47,230 bases of DNA from Nemertoderma westbladi (Eukaryota; Animalia; Xenacoelomorpha). The stretch lies in the NCBI GenBank assembly GCA_032718475.1, contig JAUCBJ010000509.1, positions 1 through 47,230 on the forward strand. The letters run 5' to 3'. The position numbers and the translations under genes are program-made. The notes under the pieces are model-generated. The model was not told the origin of the DNA. It was given only the letters and a program-made list of their open reading frames with translations, and ran no database searches. Positions 36,940 to 47,230 of the stretch are shown piece after piece; the first letter of the stretch is position 1; each line of letters starts with the position of its first letter.

Positions 36940-37245
36940 CGAATCCTATGCCATTTGCACCACAATTGCACCACCACAACTTCCTATTCCCCATTCATAT
37001 TATCCACATTTCAAGGCCTTTAAGTGGCGTCAATAATCTGCTAAAGCACAAGATTGTGGACAGGCTGGTCCTCACGGCAAAAGCAATGTCCTGCAAAGCG
37101 GAGGCAGCAATGGAGGGGAACCATGAGAAACCTCCCATTTTATATAGTGTCTGGTTGGAGTGGTATGGGTCACTCACATTCATCTTCAAATGGATCTGTG
37201 TGTACTACTACTACTACTACTATAATCGGGCTGCTGCATTGAAAC
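36940..37245 (-). mobile_element. Rearranged RTE LINE 3' fragments with (TAG)n tail
   Basis: HSNQTLYKMGGFSWFP matches HISNQTLYNIGGVSLVP; tactactac tail plus aatcgggctgctgcattgaa as at 8731-8767. Confidence 0.7.
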
Positions 37246-37469
37246 TGCACTTTGCTGTAATTGGTTGTAGTTCGACCTGTCCTTTATGCTTTACTTAAAT
37301 TGAGAAATAATCACTGGTAAGTGTATACTGAACACATTAGTGACTACCGGTAGCGATATGACAATTGACACATTGATAATATTCACTTTCTGACTTTATG
37401 CTGATGCTCTAGACCTATAAGCTGATAAATTATGATGAGCAAGAAAGTGAATCAAAGGCCTTGAAGAAG

Positions 37470-38590
37470 TCACCAATGATAACAGCCAGATGCCTGTCTT
37501 TCTTTTTTGATAACTCTTAAATTATTCTTTATGTGCCAAAATGACTCCATTGTCCTATGACCTTTACGGAACCCATTCTGATTTCCAAGTAGCAATCTCT
37601 CGATAGGATCCCTGATGCGATTTAATAGAATTGTATTGTGTAGCTTTGCTGCAATCGAGATCAATGAAAACGTAAGGGAAAGGCATGGACAGCCTTGAAT
37701 AGGCTTTCCAGGATTTGGAAGTCACCGAGAATTAATCGGAAACTTAAGGTCCGATTATTTAGAGAAGCAGTAGTTCCAGTACTCCTCTACGGGAGTCCAT
37801 GCTGGGCTCTAACTGCTGAGGACACCAAATCTCTGGATGGCACATTCACAAGAATGCTACGCCGGGTTCATTGTGTCAAGTACAATGCACACATCTCCAA
37901 CCAGACACTATATAACATTGGAGGTGTCTCATTGGTTCCCCCAAGCTTGACACTAGAACAAAATCGCCTCCGCTTTGCAGGACATTGCTTTCGCCGTGAG
38001 GACCAGCCAGTACATAATCTTGTACTTTGGCAGCCTCATGGAGTGTATAAGCATGGTGGACAGCCCATGACTTTCTTGAGACGCATCTTAAAGGACACTG
38101 GCCTTAAAGATGCGGATGATCTAGCAAATGTCATGGGTGATAGGGAGTTGTGGCGGTGCAATTTTGTTGACAAGCCGGCACAGCATTCTTAAAAATGCAG
38201 CTGCAATGCAGCATGCCGATCCTAGTAGTAGAGATCAATGACATTCTCCGAAAAGAGCCACATGGTGTTAGGTTGCCCTTCTTGGGAACTCGCACCAACT
38301 TATTTGTTTTCATTTCTTGTGGGACTCGTGTTGTTCTGTACATGTCTACTATGATGGGTTAGATGAGCTTTAAACACTCAGGTATTTTTAAGACCCCAGG
38401 GGGGATACCATCTACTCCACTGGCACGATTCATCTTAATGCTCATTGCAGCAGCCATCACTTCAGCAAAGGAGTTATCGCCAATGGGAATATGAGGGAGT
38501 ACAATCAGTACAGACTTGGACACTTTTACTTCTATAAAGTTGTCAGGCAATATTGAGGAGATTGCAACCATTGAAGCGATCAGCTGGTAA
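37470..38590 (-). mobile_element. RTE LINE RT N-terminal fragment, interrupted by another RTE copy
   Basis: RASGVDGIPPGVLK, VPKKGNL...FRRMSLIS | IAAKLHNTILLNRI...NQNGFRKG. Confidence 0.85.
37668..38230 (+). mobile_element. 5'-truncated RTE insertion, 563 bp
   Basis: KLKVRLFREAVVPVLLYGS..W, RLRFAGHCFRR; tagtagta tail; 11-bp TSD GAGATCAATGA at 37657-37667 and 38231-38241. Confidence 0.9.
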
Positions 38591-39379
38591 TTCTGCCTTA
38601 ACCTTGATGGTTGGTTGGCTTTTCCTCACATGTGTATGCATTTTCCTCACTCAGTGTAAATCCTTGTTACTTTAATGTTCAATATGTATAAACGGCACCA
38701 GTGCACAATCACATGATGACGTTTCCTTCCTTCAAACAATGACTTATAACATGTAGAGTACAAATACACTGTACATTCGGTTAAAATAAAACAATATAGT
38801 TAAGTTCAGTGACCAATAGGTCAAATAATAGAGTCCAAGAAGGTCAGTTCCTGAAACAAAGTGTTGACAAAACTATGTAACGTTTCTACAAAGTAATATC
38901 GACAGAATGAATATAATGTCATCCTACTCTCTTGTCTTGTATATGAATGGAAGAAAGCCATCTGGGATTGGTATACCAAACAACAATAGGCCATAGAAAA
39001 TGGGGCCAAAATATGTAATACGTTATACACCAATATACACACGTGAGGGTAAATTCCAGAGGATGCCTTACACTTTACATTGCCCCTCACTCACTTTGAC
39101 CATTCACTTTAAGTGGTTCTAAAATTAACTCACTCATTTTAGGATATGATAATTCTCTCTCGTGAACATGAGCTGATCAAGTCTTTATGCCATGCACGAT
39201 ACATTTATTTCTATGATGTCATGACATTCTCACTTAATTAAATGGAATTTCTACGGTAATAACAGGTGATAAGAATTTTGGGCCATACTGTATGATGAAA
39301 TACTGACTATAGTCAGGAACATTGATAAGCTCCAGTATATTATCAGAGAACTGCCTGTTCAGTGGGTTATCGAGACATG

Positions 39380-39868
39380 AAAAATATCGCGAGTAATAAT
39401 ATTAGTAAAAAAAGTAAAAAAAAGTGAGTGTTGAAAAATATCGATAATATCGCTCATTCAAAAAATACCAAGAGTAAAAATATCGAAATATCAAGAGTTT
39501 AAAAATATCGATATATAGAGAGTTTAAAAATATCGAAATATCGATAGTTTAAAATTATCGAGAGTGAAAAAATCTAGATTAAAAATAGCGAGAGTAAAAA
39601 TATCCAGAGTAAAAATACCGAGTGTAAAAATATCGAGATTAAAAATTTTGAGGGTAAAAATATCGAAATATCAAGAGTTTATAAATATTGAAATATCGAG
39701 AGTTTAAAAATATCAAGAGTGAAAAAATGTAGATTAAAAATAGCGAGAGTAAAAATACTGAGTGTAAAAATATTGAGAGTAAAAATACCGAGTGTAAAAA
39801 TATTGAGAGTAAAAATATCGAGGGTAAAAATATCGAGAGTAAAAATATCGAGGGTAAAAATATCGAGT
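39380..39868. repeat. Degenerate ~17-bp minisatellite (gagagtaaaaatatcga-like)
   Basis: Many imperfect aaaaatatcga-containing units. Confidence 0.9.
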
Positions 39869-40040
39869 AATTAGCATGACAAACTGGTAATCCTAACTAC
39901 AACTACAATGACAACTATTTTCAAAAATGTATCCACCCCCTAAAAGTGTCAGATTGTTAAGGCTCCGCCAACTTTGTGGCTCGATCCACAATAATTTAAT
40001 TTAATGTTATACTTTAATATATGTTAAAGTATAGAGTATT

Positions 40041-40200
40041 CCTGTTGCGGACATAACATGTGTTCAGGTTTTGTTTATATAATCTAACAATATATTATAC
40101 ATTATATGCTTCACTTACTGATATTCATATTTATATGATATTATTTAGACTTTATGACGTCCGCCCAGGAGATTATTGTAGATAAACGCAGATAAAGTAC
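40041..40200 (+). promoter_or_regulatory. Diverged homologue of the MFS upstream block, ~1.8 kb before copy C
   Basis: ctgttgcggacataacatgtgttcaggtt and ttatttagactttatgacgtccgcccagg match 28325-28354 and ~28428-28455. Confidence 0.55.
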
Positions 40201-40500
40201 ATTCATTTTTCTAAACTTTAAATATTCAATATCAATCAATATATTTATTTATTAGCCTTTACAACTTGAGCAAGCATGCTGAATCAAGGCAGTTAACATG
40301 TTCATGTATACCACATAAACAGAGGATACTTCCCACATAACGAGGAGATTATGAAAATCGAGAATATCCACTATTTAAAATTAATTAAATTTGTGTTTTG
40401 TGGTATCAGGACATCCTAAAACTAAAATTTTTTAAAATAATTTTTTTTGAATTAATCCTTTTTTTTAAATAAAAATTTATCCATTAAATATCTTACGCCA

Positions 40501-40543
40501 ACTATATTTTTCCCTTATCCAGTGGATAAGGGAAAAATATAGT
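40501..40543. repeat. Perfect inverted repeat (21-bp arms, 1-nt loop)
   Basis: actatatttttcccttatcca-g-tggataagggaaaaatatagt. Confidence 0.95.
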
Positions 40544-41847
40544 ATAATATTTATAATATCCACCCCTATCTATTATATGGTATCTTAATTTGAGGAAAAA
40601 TGCATTCTTCTACGCTCAAACCCCTACGTAGGTCGTACTGAACTAAAATTAATAAATTAATTTATTGTAGGCCAATTACATTTTCTCACAGCCGTTCATT
40701 GTCAAGCCCTATTTACAAATTGTTTATCTATTTTACCTCTTGTACTTCTACACAAACATCAAACCGCCATAATGTATGACTCAAATAATATCACTCCTCC
40801 CCCATCGGCCAATTATTAAAAAAAATCACATTATTGGTGTAATTATTGCAATTATTCCGGTTTGCGTTAGTTTATGGTTTTTCCTCACCACAGTAAGTTG
40901 ATTTAAATTCCTCACCCGAGGAAGGCTCCTGCAAGAGGAATAGAGTTGAAATATTGTGACAATTTAATTGTTGCAATACATCTCTCCATTCATTTTCTTG
41001 CTTTTCTACTTATTAAATAAAATCTCTCATGGATATTGTACCTGTTTGGCTACCTCTTTTGGCTTAATCGTCCCTTTAGTTAGTTTAGATTCATCCCAAT
41101 GCTCTATCCGTTAGCAGGGCCCAACCTTCTGGAATTCAGTTCCGTCTGAAATCAAGATCATATTCTAAAAACTCATTCTCAAAATTATATAAACAACATT
41201 ATTCTAAATTATATCTAAAAATTCTGATAACATAACTCAATTCTGTGCGATATCAATTCAATGCGATAACCCCATTTATATTTCACACATAACGCCCTGT
41301 GGCTGAAATGATCCATCTTGGTACATACATAACTTGCAGTAATCTATACTCTATGAGCACTTCATTAAATTAGACTAACCTGAGCAACAAAGGTTACCTT
41401 AGAAAGAGTCCTACCCGGCCGCTCATTCGATTTTCTCAATGTTTTTTATGACATAATAGTGCATACTTTACAAGAAGAATGATTATACCTCAACTATGAT
41501 TAGGATTATGGATTGTGGTTTAGTCTGGGATATCCATATTAGATTGTACTGTAGTGTATTATTTATTGTAGTAACCCGCATCTTTATAATCCGAACTACT
41601 GTAGGGCCTATGTAATTGCACCGACATACAGATCACTCTAATGTACATACTGTACTTAAATCCTGTATTACATAGACACTATACTTAGAGTACTGGTATA
41701 CTAATAATACAAATCAACTTTTAGGAATAAATTTCTTGTACATATAATATAAGTAGCTTAATCTCCCAGTACCCCTTAAATTAAATTGTAACCCACTAAA
41801 TATATAGTTGGTGTCATTAACTATTTGAAGTAAGTAGGCCCTACAAG

Positions 41848-43161
41848 ATGTCAGAAGGAGCAGCTTCCATTAAAACTTATAATGAAACCAATAAAAGTTT
41901 TATTAACCAGAATAGTCATAAAAAAGGCTGGCGACTTTACATGCTGGTGGCCATGTTGCTCATGTATCAAATGATACCAGGTTGGTGTCAGAATCTCCTG
42001 GAAACATTCTTCCCAATTGTTGTAGAAGAACGTGGTTGGTCGAAGACTCTAATTGGTGCATTATTGGCAATGTTTTCTACTGTCAGACTTATAATATACA
42101 TTAGTTGCCCTCATTCTATCAACAATTGGGGAACACATATCTCTTTGGGCCTATTTGGCATTATTGGTGCAGTTTCCCAGTTGGTATTTGGGTTTGTAGA
42201 AAATATTCCAAACAACAGCAGTGGATTATATATATTCGCTTGTTTTTCTCTTCGCATCATCGAAGGAGTTGGTCTCAACATCAGTGTTATATATTCATAC
42301 AGTCTATTGATGGATTTGTGGCCTGCACAGAGAACTTTATTAGCTAGTTTATCAATTGTTTGTGGCACTGTAGGAATTATGGTTTCACCAGTTTTTGGTT
42401 CAACCATTTTTGCATCATTGGGTTTTGAGTTCCCATTTATAATATCGGGTTTGATGTTTCTTATTATTGTCCTTTACTGCTGGTTTGAGTCACCACCTAA
42501 TATTTATGACAGATGTGAAACAAAAGATAGACCATCATATCTTGGACTTATGCGAAATCCTGCAATTTCACTTATATTTATTATAAATGTATATTCCAGA
42601 ATACTCACATCCTTTATCATTGCGAACTATGCTGCCTACATTCACCACAACTACAATGTCAACCAGTACAATATTGGTCGCCTTTATATGATATTTCCAG
42701 GTCTTTATGCTTCTACTGGTCTAATAATGTCCTTAACAATGGGGAAATTTAAAACCATCTTACCAACTGTATTTGGCACAATGTTACTAGCTGTGGCAAT
42801 GCAACTAATAGGCCCTACAGAGCTACTGGGTTTACCTCATGATCTCACCATATCTATCACTGGCTGCGCTCTCCTTGGATTCGGTAATGGACTAAACAAA
42901 ACACCTGGACTGGAAACACAAACACAACTGGCTGTGAATGTTTGTGGTTATCGCGATAATGTAGATACCAGATCTCTTCTCCAACAAATGTTTAGAATTG
43001 AACACTCAATTGGAGCTATCATAGGTCCTGTTCTTGGTGGATTCTTCAATGATTTCTTTGGTATGGAACTTGCTTGCTCGCTTCTCAGTTTGTTAGGGTT
43101 GCCATTTATCTTCGCTCTGGTTGCTGTGTTCGCTTTTAGATGTCAGGTCAATGAGATGTGA
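41848..43161 (+). CDS. MFS transporter, SLC18B1-like (copy C), 437 aa, uninterrupted ORF
   Basis: Intact ORF collinear with copy A, with the same motifs and start context. Confidence 0.92.
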   Translation: MSEGAASIKTYNETNKSFINQNSHKKGWRLYMLVAMLLMYQMIPGWCQNLLETFFPIVVEERGWSKTLIGALLAMFSTVRLIIYISCPHSINNWGTHISLGLFGIIGAVSQLVFGFVENIPNNSSGLYIFACFSLRIIEGVGLNISVIYSYSLLMDLWPAQRTLLASLSIVCGTVGIMVSPVFGSTIFASLGFEFPFIISGLMFLIIVLYCWFESPPNIYDRCETKDRPSYLGLMRNPAISLIFIINVYSRILTSFIIANYAAYIHHNYNVNQYNIGRLYMIFPGLYASTGLIMSLTMGKFKTILPTVFGTMLLAVAMQLIGPTELLGLPHDLTISITGCALLGFGNGLNKTPGLETQTQLAVNVCGYRDNVDTRSLLQQMFRIEHSIGAIIGPVLGGFFNDFFGMELACSLLSLLGLPFIFALVAVFAFRCQVNEM

Positions 43162-44010
43162 TATTGAGAGGGAATATAAATTCACTGTGAATGGGACTGT
43201 GCATGTGACCAGGCAGTACTTTATTGTATCTAAATGTTTTTGGTAATATTATTTTCTCAACTATGGCTTAGATTCGATCCAGGGTGTAGGGTGCTCTTTG
43301 CATTTGTGCATATGACCTCCCATTGTTTGCATGGATCACGCACAAAACACAGCAGTCTCTTAATGGTTTCTCTTGTGACCGACCAACTTGATCAAGAAAA
43401 CTTGCCACCTCCATGCAGCATAAAGGAGGTGCCACCTATGGCTGCATAGACTGAAGCTCTTATGAGGGCTAATATGGTCCTGTAACTATGACCCCCTTCA
43501 TTTTGGGATAAGGACACCCTTGGTCGTGGATTAAGGATCCATATACTTGGCTGCAGGGGTATATGGCCTGGCCAGGCAGATGGTAATCTACCAATGGCTG
43601 GTCAGGAGGTGGCTGGTCAATGGCTTCTCATGTCCACTCTGAGTGCACTTCACTGTGACCTGCACCTGGCAGCAGGGGTACAGGGTATGGCCCAGCAGAT
43701 GAGCTACACAACCAATGGTGGTTTTTCTGCGTCAGAGTAGGTATGGGTGATGGGCCTCATATCTGACTCCACTGTGACACCCACCCTGTGGAATGGCAAA
43801 CCATGATATGGTATTTGCCCCGAGAGCTGACTCAGCAAAAAAGCACCCCCAACCCCCACTTCTTGTAAGCGGATTCAATTCCACTTCATTACCCAACAGA
43901 AAATGGGACCAGTGGCATTTAGAAATATGTTGGGGATACGAGATTACCAATATTAATCTCGTATCATAACCAACATTTTTTTTTTTGGGGGGGGGGGGGG
44001 GGGGCGACAC

Positions 44011-44082
44011 AAGCCCCAAAGCCACAGAGAAAGGTGAGAGGTCAAAAAGCCCCAAAGCCACAGAGAAAGGTGAGAGGTCAAA
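44011..44082. repeat. 36-bp tandem duplication following a T-run/G-run
   Basis: aagccccaaagccacagagaaaggtgagaggtcaaa occurs twice in tandem. Confidence 0.9.
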
Positions 44083-44391
44083 CCACCTCGGAGGGAATAC
44101 AGCTAGTAGAGGCTAGCAGTGGAGGGGAAACACTCAAGGGGAGTGCCAAAGTGACAATTAGTATATTAGCCAATAGTGGGGAGGGAAGCACGTGATAAGG
44201 AACAGGAAAGCATCCATGCAGACTGGTCATAGTTAATGACTGCCACCGCCATACCGGTAACAATTAATCTGTGTATATTCTGCTATATTCATTTATCAGT
44301 ACCGATGTGTTACTATCGCCTATGTTAATCAATACCGAGAAACAACACAAACTCCTATTGTTTTCCTCAACGGCCTTCGGCCAAAGCAAGT

Positions 44392-47230
44392 TGTTGCCGT
44401 TATTCCCAACCCCGGGGGGGAAAACGCCGATGCTGGTGGTGGAATTTTCAGACCACTTGATTCCGGCCAGTCACCAGATATTGGGAGTGGAGAGGGAGTC
44501 TTATCTGAGATGCAGGATTGCAGTAGAGAAAAAGTCACATTTGTTGGATAATCTGTAATATAACTTTTCTACAGTTGAACCCTAATTGAGAATAATTTGG
44601 GCTTCCCCACACCAATATACCAAATATTCACAATAATACACGAACATATAAATTCCTACAGTACATTATTTAATTACCCACTGTTTGCTTTTAGATTTTA
44701 ACCTAACTAATGATCCTCATTATCCCTCTGTCCTAGTCCAGGTACCGTAGTGTCAGTGTCGGTCGACCCTGTTGCGTGTCCGTCTCCACCCTTCCTGAAC
44801 CCCGAAGGGATCAGTCATCAGGAAAGCGGTATGGCTTGGCTAAGGGTCGGTCAGGTCAGTAGACCCGGTTGCGTGTCCGTCCCACCCTTCCCAAACCCCG
44901 AAGGGAACGGTCATCAGGAAAGCGGTACGGCTTGGCTAGGGGTCTGTCAGTTCATCGCAGGGTCCCAACCACCTAAGCTTTCCGAATCCCTTTCAGGCTC
45001 GTAGTCGCTTCGGTAGCTGAGAAGCTGCTCCGAATAGTCGGTAGGCCAGTAGAGTCCGGTCCTTTGTCTTTCGACCCTGTTGCGTGTCCGTCCCACCCTT
45101 CCCGAACCCCAAAGGGAACGGTCATCAGGAAAGCGGTACGGCTTGGCTAGGGGTCAGCCCGTTGTGAGTCCCAACTGTCGGAGCTTTCCGAATCCTTTTC
45201 AGGCTCGTAGTAACGCCGGTCGTGGAACCCACTCCAAGAAGTCAGTCCTCGTCAAACCCTTCCTTCGTCCAGTCAGTCGATCCGTCGCAAAGTCCCTGGT
45301 GCAGTCAGCAAGCTTTCCGAATTCCTTTCAGGCTCGTAATAACTGCCGGTGACCAGGGACCGCTAAGGATCTGTCAGTTCCCGTCGCAAATCCCTGACGC
45401 AATCAGCAGGCTTTCCGAATCCTTTTCAGGCTCGTAATAACTGCTGTTGGCCAGGAACCGCTAAGGGCAGTCCTTGTCCCAAGGCCTAGCGGGTTACCAA
45501 AACTACCTCTACAGACAGTAGGAGGTTGGCTAGGCCTAATTAGTATCAGGTAAACCTGAGTACTGCTTGATCTTACCTCCCACCCTTGGCCCTTAAATAT
45601 CTGATATGAGTCCCGTGCCCTGTAAGTCGCCCCAATATTCGCCCGTAAATCACCCCCAGTCCATTGAATATGCCCAAATTCCAAGTTCCTGCACCCAGTA
45701 CTGATATTGGAATATTCATAATACAGTATAAGGTATACAGTAAGACAGTATAAGGTCCGTTAAAATGGTGGCTATTAAGAACTTTGCTGCTAGTCAAGTA
45801 CAGCCTTATAACTGGGACGAGGACAGCTTTGCCCAGCAACACAATGTCCCCAGATTTAGAACAGATTACCCAGGGGTACAAATGTTACTCGGCCAAAATG
45901 CGCATGAAGCGCTCGACCGCGATCTTTACAAACATATGCGGGACGAACTAGAGTAGGTTGGTATTTCAGGGACCTAGACGCACATTAAGGGAAAGATTAG
46001 AAAACAAACATATCATTCATGTAAGAGAGAGTGTGGAAACCATGAAAGAAGATGACATCATAGCTGAGGGAACTTCATGCTCCTCAGATAATGACGATAT
46101 ACAAATTTTATACGACGAGGATAATGCTATTGAAATCCTCACTGAGACTCAAACTTGGATGGACTAATCAATCAGAATTGTGTAACCTCATACAGCAGAA
46201 TAACGAACTATTAGCTTATGACAACGACAAACTCAATGAGGTAGTAGAGCGATACAATACCAAACTACGAGATGAACACGCAGTGCGATTCTTTACCCAG
46301 GAAGCTGTGGAATCCAACTCTTACAATAAAGCATTATCGGTAGAGGAGGAGAGAGCTAAAAAATCCAGGCAACAACTACTCGTTACATCAAGGAGGAGGG
46401 TCGTTACGAGATCGGTTTGCCTTTTAGAAAGAGGGAACCCAGCTTTATTAATAACCGACCGACCCTTCTTAGCCATCAAAAGAATCAAACAACTGCATCG
46501 ACGCTTATCATCCAATGATCAAGCTAAAGAGATCTATAAGATGGAATTAAAGAAGCTTATAGATAAAGGATACGTGGAGCGAGTTCCAGTGGAAACATCC
46601 ATAATGGAGAGAACACATTACTTAACCCATCATTACATTCCTAAACCCGGTAAACCAGACAAAGTCCGGGTAGTATTTGATGGCTCTGCCCTTTATAAGG
46701 GACAATCCCTTAATTCCGAATTGTTGCTGGGACCCAACTTACTCCAATCTTTATTGGGAATATTATTACGACTCCGGCAATATTCTATCACCTTCGCCTC
46801 AGACATTGAAGGCATATTTCAGCAAGTTAAAGCGTTACAGCGAGATAGGGATAGTCTATGATTTCTGTGGGGGCCTGAATGAAACCTCAACCGAGAACCG
46901 GTGTAGTACTGGATGACCGACCGTCCAGGCTTTCGGGATCATATCTAGCCCCTCGAACGCTTGTGCGGTAGTGCGCACCAATGCCGACGATAATAGAGAT
47001 GCCTTCCCTAAAGCGGTCATTGACAACATCAAACAAGATATTTACATGGATGACAACCTTAAGTCCCTCCCCTCAGTGGAAGAAGCAATTGAGGTTGCCA
47101 AGGGAACGGTAGAGTGCCTACAACGAGGTGGATTTTGCCTAACCAAATTCTCCTGGGAGTTCCTGGAGTCGATCCCAGTGGAAGACTGAGGTGTTAAAGA
47201 TCTTGACCTCATTAAGGACAATCTCCCAGA
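44392..47230 (+). mobile_element. BEL/Pao family 2 element, internally deleted and degenerate, running off the window end
   Basis: LTR from TGTTGCCG (44392) to ~45719, homologous to the solo LTR; then pol fragments YPGVQMLLGQN, HYLTHH, KVRVVFDGSA, SDIEGIFQQV, IYMDDNLKS and GGFCLTKF with stops and frameshifts. Confidence 0.92.

Noticed and set aside
43265-43960. GC-richer region after MFS copy C
   Set aside because: No sustained ORF or termini that I could identify.

Overview
AT-rich eukaryotic (animal-like, probably invertebrate) genomic DNA, not prokaryotic. The host genes are a cluster of MFS transporter paralogues resembling SLC18B1, each with an uninterrupted coding region: two intact copies (2152-3453 -, 41848-43161 +), one with a +1 frameshift near its start (35191-36505 +), and a small relic (~27300-27540 -). 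The rest is mostly nested transposable elements: a full-length 13.0-kb BEL/Pao LTR retrotransposon (11558-24595 -; 938-bp LTRs with 6 differences by eye, GAATA TSD), a solo LTR and a deleted copy of a second BEL/Pao family, a non-autonomous piggyBac, two hAT-type relics, RTE LINE fragments, minisatellites and a ~1.1-kb local duplication. Two observations stand out. (1) The BEL/Pao element has no tRNA-type primer-binding site; the 15 nt abutting its 5' LTR are the exact reverse complement of a segment inside its own LTR, suggesting Tf1-like self-priming. (2) A minimal type I hammerhead ribozyme motif lies between the A box and B box of a tRNA-like Pol III unit at 29454-29559. All calls come from reading the sequence and motifs by eye; no database search was run.
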